Shown here: piece by piece, positions 58,418 to 64,000 of the stretch
Numbering within the stretch: the stretch's first letter is position 1
Layout: every line of letters starts with the position of its first letter
NCBI GenBank assembly: GCA_041690135.1
Contig: JAWLHY010000006.1
Coordinates: 237,964 to 301,963, forward strand
Reading direction: 5' to 3'
DNA from: Armatimonadota bacterium
Lineage (GTDB): Bacteria; Armatimonadota; SYMT01
Length of the DNA stretch: 64,000 bases
Made by a program: the position numbers and the translations under genes
Notes under the pieces: model-generated
The model's database searches: none
Told to the model about the DNA's origin: nothing
The model's input: only the letters and a program-made list of their open reading frames with translations

Positions 58418-58633
58418 TTGATATTCTTTGGTGGGCGGGCCGGGCGGCGAGGGTTGGATGGTGCGGGTTCGCGAAGTACGGACGGTGGCGCGCTGGAGAG
58501 CCGGGATACGCTGAACAGCGAGAAGAGGCCGACGACGCTTACCGTCCCCCTTACCCGCAGAGCGCATTTCCGGACGCTGAGAGAGGTGGTAGGAAATGTA
58601 CCCACTGGTAGCTACGAATTCTCCCGTCTATGA
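58418..58633 (+). pseudogene. decayed copy of the 5' end of the beta-helix gene at 60410
   Basis: A 21-nt identity (agccgggatacgctgaacagc) is shared between 58500-58520 and 60489-60509. A 12-nt identity (ttccggacgctg) and a collinear peptide are also shared (ESRDTLNS…P(T/P)TLTV…FRTL). The copy lacks the signal peptide and the Pro/Lys linker, and stops after 71 codons. Confidence 0.45.
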
Positions 58634-58703
58634 CCCCAGGCAGCCGCAACTTTGGGCGCCATACCCCGTTAGGCAAGCAGAGTAGAGCCCTGGGGGAGGC
58701 GCC

Positions 58704-59954
58704 ATGCGAGCAACCGGCTACACAGGATTCGTCGCCATCGCCCTCGTGTTGACGGCGGCTGCCGCTCCGGCCCAGGAGAGATCCAGGACAGAGCCTCGGT
58801 CATCGGTCTACCGGCAGCTCTTCCCTCGTCCCACCGGCAAGAACGGCTATGAGGAGTTGATCCTGGCAGGCGAGACCGCCCGTGCGAGTAAGCTCTACCT
58901 CCGGGCCGAGGGTGCCTTGCCCACGGATCCGGAAGGGCGGAGCCTCGCCTTCAAGCGTCGAGTGCTGAAGGACCCCCCGGTAGTGAAAGCGCTCGCGCTG
59001 ATCCGACAAGGATTGGCGAAATCGATCTTCCCATCGCGAAGGACGGCAGGCTCGGATACCGGCATCCAGCAGATGCGCCCACTGCACACCGTGCGGCGGC
59101 TGCTGGCCCTACAGCAGTACGTGCTGCTGGCGGACGGGCACGTCTCGGAGGCGATTCTCGTGGCGCGGCAGGGACTGCGTATCGGGCAGGTCCTCTACAC
59201 GGACCCGCAGATCACGGGACTGCTGGGAATCAACATCGCCACGGGTTCTCTTCGCACCCTCGCCAGCCACCTGGACCAGCTCTCCGCACGGGATTGCGAA
59301 CAGCTCTTCCAGGTCTGTGTGGAGTGGCTCCGGCAACCAGATCCACAAGTCGGCGAGATGGCCGAAGCACGGCGGTTCCAGCGGACCTATGTAATGTCAG
59401 TCCGCGAGAAGCTCACCCAAGGGGGCCTGGCAGCGCTCAATGAACTCCAGGTGTACGACGAGGAGATTCCGGACGAGGTGGAAAGCGCCCTGGCAGGTTC
59501 CCCGCGGGTGTTGGATGAGTTGTACCGGCAGGTAGAGCAGCGTCTCGACCAGATCTACGCTCACAACCTGGCGCAGTTCAGCAAACCGCCCTGGGAACGA
59601 AACTGGGATTTCCCCCCGGACGATGGTAGTCCTGCAGCGCAACTCGTTGCCCTGATCCATTCACCCTACGAGGAGTTATCCGACGCCTACACCCGGGGCA
59701 GTGCCTCCATCCAATTGTTCGCCTGTCACTGCGCCGTCCTCCGCCATCGCTGGGAGCACCACCGGGTTCCAGCCAGTCTTACAGAGTTGCAACTGGGGAG
59801 GTTAACCGTTGATCCGTTCACGGGAGAGCCCTTCCCCTATGAGACCCAAGGCAGGAGCTATCGTCTCACGAGCGCCGGACCTACCGCCGACGAAGATGAC
59901 CCCAAGGCGGTAAATGGTCGCGTTCCATTCACCATCGTGCCTGGAGACTCATGA
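58704..59954 (+). CDS. secreted hypothetical protein (predominantly helical)
   Basis: 416 aa with a signal-like N-terminus (FVAIALVLTAAAAPAQE) and G/C-biased third positions. No family recognised. Confidence 0.6.
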   Translation: MRATGYTGFVAIALVLTAAAAPAQERSRTEPRSSVYRQLFPRPTGKNGYEELILAGETARASKLYLRAEGALPTDPEGRSLAFKRRVLKDPPVVKALALIRQGLAKSIFPSRRTAGSDTGIQQMRPLHTVRRLLALQQYVLLADGHVSEAILVARQGLRIGQVLYTDPQITGLLGINIATGSLRTLASHLDQLSARDCEQLFQVCVEWLRQPDPQVGEMAEARRFQRTYVMSVREKLTQGGLAALNELQVYDEEIPDEVESALAGSPRVLDELYRQVEQRLDQIYAHNLAQFSKPPWERNWDFPPDDGSPAAQLVALIHSPYEELSDAYTRGSASIQLFACHCAVLRHRWEHHRVPASLTELQLGRLTVDPFTGEPFPYETQGRSYRLTSAGPTADEDDPKAVNGRVPFTIVPGDS

Positions 59955-60409
59955 AATTGCGAAGGCATGAGCTGCGAGTCACTCATGCGCTGCTTCAGAG
60001 GGTTACCCGACGCCCCGCTCACGGGTCCGGCGCACCATGCTTTTGGACGCTCCGACCGACCATTGAGGAGCCGCGGACCTATCCGTGCGGTCAGTACCTC
60101 CAGTGGCTTCTGCAAGCCCGAGCGGCGCTCCGTCGGCCTTGGTGACAGGTGCAGGGAAGGATGGATGATGGCAAAAGGATGAAGGATGAATTACAAAGCC
60201 CGCTGTGGAGGTGAGGCTGATACGCCGGAGTACCAGCGTGCTCCGCATCGGCGGTGCGCTAGAGGTGGTGCTTGACGGCTAGGGGTCTGCCAAGCAATCA
60301 CCGCTACAGTTGGGCGAGTGAACTCGCGGCTACATAAGGCGAAGCCGACCTACGTCGGCTGGGAACGATATAGCGGTTATTCCTTGGCGTTTCCAAAGTG
60401 ATTTGAGGA

Positions 60410-62296
60410 GTGGCGATGAGGGGTCTTCCAATCCTGGCCGCGATGGCGGTGCTGTTCCTGGCCGGTGCCTCCGCGGGCGCGCCGGAAAGCCGGGATACGC
60501 TGAACAGCATCCGCGGGAAGAAGAAGCCGCCGGCGATACCCGCCGCGAAGGGGGCTCGTCCTCGTCCGACCGCCCAGGCGCCGGTCCGGAAGCCGGCGCC
60601 GGCGCCGGTCCGCCGCGCCACGACGCCGAAGAAGGCGACACCCAAGCCGCCACCCACGCTCACCGTCTCCCCTCTCGGGGGCGCGCAGTTCCGGACGCTG
60701 GGCGATGCGCTGAAGAAGGCGCCCGCCGGAGCCCGGATCGTGGTGCGCGGGGGGCTGTACCGGGAGAGCCTGGTCCTGGCGCGGCCGGTGGAGATCCTGC
60801 CTGCGGGAGCCACGGAGGAGATCATCGTGGAGAGCGCCGGGCGGCCCTGCCTGACGATGCAGACAGACCAGGCGCGCGTGCGGGGGCTTACCCTCCGGTT
60901 GAAAGCGGGAGACGAGACGACGGAGTACGCAGTCGAAATCCCGAAGGGGCGGCTGATAATGGAGGCGTGTGAGGTCGCCTCCGGGTTGAAGGCGGCCGTG
61001 CACGTCCATGGTCAGGGGGCGGACCCCTTCCTTCGCAAGTGCCGGATCCGGCAGAGCGGGCAGGACGGTGTGCTGGTGACGGACGGCGCGCGGGTGACGC
61101 TGGACGAGTGCGAGATCTTCGGCAACGGCGGGCACGGGGTGTCCGCGCTCCGGGGCGCGAAGCCTTCGCTGCGGGGCTGCAAGGTGCGGGAGAACCGGGG
61201 CGACGGACTGCGGTTCGCGGAAAGGTCCGAGGGCGCGGCGGAAGATTGCAAGGTGTTCGGCAACGGCGCGGAGGGAATCTCCCTCCTGCAGGGCAGCAAC
61301 CCGATTTTGCGGAGGGTCCAGGCTTACCGCAACCGCGGGACCGGTGTGTTCGTAGGTGGGGACAGCCAGGGCACGCTGGAGCGGTGCGACCTGCGGGAAA
61401 ACGGCAACTGGGGATTGGCGGTCAATGGCGGCCGGCCGGTGGTGTTCCGCACCCGCATCCACCACAACCCCAATGGCGCCCTGTTCTCCCAAAAGAGCCG
61501 CGGCAGCATGGATCACTGCGAGTTGGATGCGAACGGCGCGGTCGGCGTGCGGGTGGAGCAGGAGAGTGACCCCATCCTCCGCAACTGCCGGGTCCGGGAG
61601 ACCCGGGGCGGCGGGATCACCTTCCAGGGGAAAGGGACCCGGGGCACCCTGATCGACTGCGAGGTAGCGGGCAGCGAGGAATGGGAATGCGTGGGCGCCG
61701 GCACCGGCAGTGCTCCCGTGCTCCGGCGCTGCCGGATCCGCGGCGGCAAGAAGCACGGGGTGGTGGTCGCCCACGGCGCGAACGCCACGCTGGAAGAGTG
61801 CGACGTCCACGACAACGCCGGCTCCAACGTCCACCTGGCAAAGGAAGGACAGGCCACCCTGCTGCGCTGCAAGCTGTACCGCGCGGGCGAGGCCGGCCTG
61901 TGGATGATCGACGGCGCCACCGCCCTGGTGGATGGCTGCAGCCTGTATGAAAACGCAGCCGCCGGGATGGTGATCCGGCGCCAGGCACGGCCCGTGGTCC
62001 GCAACAGCCGCATTTACCAGAACCCGGGCGACGGCCTCCACTTCAGCGAGAACGGAATGGGGACCGTGGAAGGGTGCGAGGTCTACGCCAACGGTACGTC
62101 CGGCGTGGGGATCGTCCGGGGCTCCAACCCCACCCTCCGGAAGTGCCGGATCTACGAGGGCCGCAAAGACGGGCTGGCGGTGGCGCAGAACGGTCGCGGA
62201 TTGCTCGAGGAGTGCGAGATCTTCGGCAACGCCGGCCGGAACGTGAACACGTGGGACGGGGGGCAGCCGAAGCTGGTCAGGTGCCAGGTCGAGTGA
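60410..62296 (+). CDS. secreted right-handed parallel beta-helix repeat (PbH1/CASH-like) protein
   Basis: 628 aa: signal peptide, Pro/Lys-rich linker, then about 20 repeats of ~23 aa (e.g. 'CEIFGNGGHGVSA', 'CKVRENRGDGLRF', 'CKVFGNGAEGISL', 'CDLRENGNWGLAV'). Confidence 0.8.
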   Translation: MAMRGLPILAAMAVLFLAGASAGAPESRDTLNSIRGKKKPPAIPAAKGARPRPTAQAPVRKPAPAPVRRATTPKKATPKPPPTLTVSPLGGAQFRTLGDALKKAPAGARIVVRGGLYRESLVLARPVEILPAGATEEIIVESAGRPCLTMQTDQARVRGLTLRLKAGDETTEYAVEIPKGRLIMEACEVASGLKAAVHVHGQGADPFLRKCRIRQSGQDGVLVTDGARVTLDECEIFGNGGHGVSALRGAKPSLRGCKVRENRGDGLRFAERSEGAAEDCKVFGNGAEGISLLQGSNPILRRVQAYRNRGTGVFVGGDSQGTLERCDLRENGNWGLAVNGGRPVVFRTRIHHNPNGALFSQKSRGSMDHCELDANGAVGVRVEQESDPILRNCRVRETRGGGITFQGKGTRGTLIDCEVAGSEEWECVGAGTGSAPVLRRCRIRGGKKHGVVVAHGANATLEECDVHDNAGSNVHLAKEGQATLLRCKLYRAGEAGLWMIDGATALVDGCSLYENAAAGMVIRRQARPVVRNSRIYQNPGDGLHFSENGMGTVEGCEVYANGTSGVGIVRGSNPTLRKCRIYEGRKDGLAVAQNGRGLLEECEIFGNAGRNVNTWDGGQPKLVRCQVE

Positions 62297-62410
62297 GTTG
62301 AAAGTTGAAGGTTGGAAGCCCCCCGCGGGGGCCAGGGGTTGGAAGCCCCCCGCGGGGGCCAGGGGTTGGAAGCCCCCCGCGGGGGCCAGGGGTTGAAAGT
62401 TGAAGGTTGG
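62297..62410. repeat. 3 x 27-bp perfect tandem repeat flanked by 19-bp direct repeats
   Basis: The unit ggaagccccccgcgggggccaggggtt occurs at 62314-62340, 62341-62367 and 62368-62394. Flanking copies of GTTGAAAGTTGAAGGTTGG lie at 62297-62315 and 62392-62410. Each unit holds a GCCCCC-CGC-GGGGGC hairpin. Confidence 0.9.
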
Positions 62411-62757
62411 GGCGAGGTTCCGGATAGCGTCCGCCCTGGGGGCACCCGGCTCTGGCTGCTTCCGGAAGCAGGCCAGTTGGACCCGCCGGACCTCCTGCGC
62501 TTCCGCACTCGCAGACTCCCCAAGCGGCCCTGGGCCAACGGATCGAAGCCCGCTTCGTGCGGCAGGAGGAAGCGGAAAAAAGCGGAAGCCGCCCGACCCG
62601 TACAGCACCCCCGACATCGCTGCTCGTCATTTCGAGATCGCCGGTCCGTGGTCGAAGCGAACCTTCCGGCTCCAACGGCCCACCAATCGCCTGACGGGAA
62701 ACAACGGGTTCAGTCGGCGCTCCAAAGTCGGAGCGCCGCCCGCTTGGGAGGTGAGAA

Positions 62758-63954
62758 ATGGTGCAGCCAAGAGGTCGCCTGGGGGTCCTGATCGCCGGAC
62801 TGCTCCCCCTCCTATCAGCAGCCGCGACGTCGGAAGCCGCCAGCAAAGGGTCGGGGGGTCCTCACGCGGTGTCGATTGCCCGACGCCCTCCGCGGGAGGC
62901 GCCCCGGACTGCCTGGGAGCAGGAGTTTCCCGGCGCCTCGCGGGTGCGTCTCGTCGCCGCCAGGGGAGGTCGGGTGCTCCTGCAATCCGGCTACCCCTCC
63001 GGACCGGAAGGCGACCAATGGACGTGGCGACTCCACAGCGTGGAACTGGAGAGCGGTAAAGAGCACTGGCGCCGCGAGGCTTCGGCATGGTTTGCCCCCT
63101 TAGTTGATGCGGGGCGTCTCTACCTCCTTCAAACGAGCGCGCTCCTAGCGCTGGATTGGGGGACGGGCCGGAAGCTGTGGAGCACGCCGGCCAAAGGTGA
63201 CCTGAGTCACCCGCTCCTGGCCCGGAACGGCCGCGTCTTCTATCGGGAGCGCGGCGGTGCGGTGGTGGCGGCCGACGGTGCCGGCGGACATCAACTTTGG
63301 GGTCTCGCGCCGCCCCGGGAGTTTGCCCGCTTCCATCCACTGGCGATCGCTTCCGACTGCCTCTACCTCCAGAGGACCGGGGCCGAAGGACACTACCTGG
63401 CGGCTCTCGACCCGGCGACCGGAACGGCGGTGCAGGAAGTCCGTCTGGAGCGAGGGGAAGACCTGGATTACGTCGTTACCGCTCTCCACTGGGCTCCAGA
63501 GCAGCGTCGGTTCTTCCTGCAGGAAGTGAAGACCGGCGCGGGCATCGACTTCCGCAGCCTCCGTGCGCTGCGGCCGGACCTGACGGAGGTGTGGCGGCGG
63601 GAGCACCTCGGCAGATTCGCCCTCGCCGAGGGGGTTCTGGTCTGCGAGGCCTGGAAAAACGTCCATAACGAGCGGCAGGGGCTCATGGCTTTGGACGCGG
63701 GCAACGGGCGCGTTCTGTGGGAACGTACGGAGAAGGGGCAGGAGGGGCATAGCGTCATCGGCACTCTGGGAAATACCGTCGTAATCGCACAGGAGCACGG
63801 AAAGCTGCGCGGTCTTCAGCCCCGAACCGGCCGCGAAGTCTGGTCGCTGTCCGTCCCGTTCACCCACGTCCGGGCTGCCGGAGATACCCTTCTCGTCTTT
63901 TCGGACGGCGAGGCGGGGAAACTCGCCCGCGTTTCCGCCCTTACCAGGCCCTAA
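62758..63954 (+). CDS. secreted PQQ-like / BamB-like beta-propeller repeat protein
   Basis: 398 aa with a signal-like N-terminus. 'G(K/R)xxW' blade motifs recur (GKEHWRR, GRKLWST, GHQLWGL, GRVLWER, GREVWSL) at roughly 40-60-aa spacing. Confidence 0.7.
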   Translation: MVQPRGRLGVLIAGLLPLLSAAATSEAASKGSGGPHAVSIARRPPREAPRTAWEQEFPGASRVRLVAARGGRVLLQSGYPSGPEGDQWTWRLHSVELESGKEHWRREASAWFAPLVDAGRLYLLQTSALLALDWGTGRKLWSTPAKGDLSHPLLARNGRVFYRERGGAVVAADGAGGHQLWGLAPPREFARFHPLAIASDCLYLQRTGAEGHYLAALDPATGTAVQEVRLERGEDLDYVVTALHWAPEQRRFFLQEVKTGAGIDFRSLRALRPDLTEVWRREHLGRFALAEGVLVCEAWKNVHNERQGLMALDAGNGRVLWERTEKGQEGHSVIGTLGNTVVIAQEHGKLRGLQPRTGREVWSLSVPFTHVRAAGDTLLVFSDGEAGKLARVSALTRP

Positions 63955-64000
63955 TGGTGACCTCAGTTCCCTTGCCCGCGCGTTGCGAACGAGATTGGGA

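Noticed and set aside
62314-62394. CRISPR array, suggested by identical 27-bp units with internal dyad symmetry.
   Set aside because: The three units abut directly with no spacers. No cas genes are present in the window.
60377-62617. Very long antisense ORFs opposite well-supported genes. Examples: 746 aa at 60377-62617 (-), 465 aa at 573-1970 (-), 418 aa at 2070-3326 (-), 454 aa at 48949-50313 (+), 502 aa at 54111-55619 (+), 435 aa at 52410-53717 (-), 335 aa at 45891-46898 (-).
   Set aside because: A GC-rich genome produces long stop-free shadow frames. Their translations are Arg/Gly/Pro/Ala-rich low complexity with no recognisable motifs. The opposite strand or alternate frame carries clear family signatures in every case (carB, pyrC, carA, larB, metalloprotease, beta-helix).

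Overview
GC-rich bacterial chromosomal segment, densely coded on both strands, with about 50 supportable CDSs. All family names come from motifs I recognise by eye; no search was run. A prepilin-type 'FTLIELLVV' protein and many secreted peptidases weakly suggest an Armatimonadota- or Planctomycetota-like organism.

Gene content, left to right:
- Secreted peptidases (Zn-metalloprotease, S9, M15, S8) mixed with Gfo/Idh/MocA oxidoreductases, a cupin, a Na+/solute symporter and radC.
- comEA, hemQ, a Memo-family gene, rdgB-rph, and an MDR dehydrogenase with an SDR.
- A five-gene overlapping MoxR/DUF58/DUF4350/DUF4129/B-box operon.
- A stressosome module (rsbR-rsbS-rsbT) followed by an RsbT-like::PP2C phosphatase and two hybrid histidine kinases, then a DAACS transporter.
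- larB-larC, then a Gfo/Idh/MocA oxidoreductase, then a HepT/MntA toxin-antitoxin pair.
- A pyrimidine operon (pyrR-pyrB-pyrC-carA-lepB-carB).
- A secreted hypothetical protein, a beta-helix protein and a beta-propeller protein.

Most notable observations:
1. A lipoprotein with a TlpA-like thioredoxin domain has an in-frame TGA exactly where the first Cys of the WCGPC redox motif belongs. A hairpin follows 10 nt downstream. This predicts a selenoprotein, and its start codon overlaps the larC stop codon.
2. A ~110-nt G-rich/C-rich inverted-repeat element with a perfect 18-bp palindromic core sits in frame in the carB inter-domain linker.
3. Related simple-sequence elements are scattered nearby. 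They include a 3 x 27-bp hairpin tandem repeat, and they flank a ~1.45-kb non-coding tract that holds a decayed copy of a neighbouring gene's 5' end.
4. The stressosome appears wired to a phosphorelay, with three RsbT-like domains in a row.

No rRNA, tRNA, CRISPR array, integrase or intact transposase could be supported.
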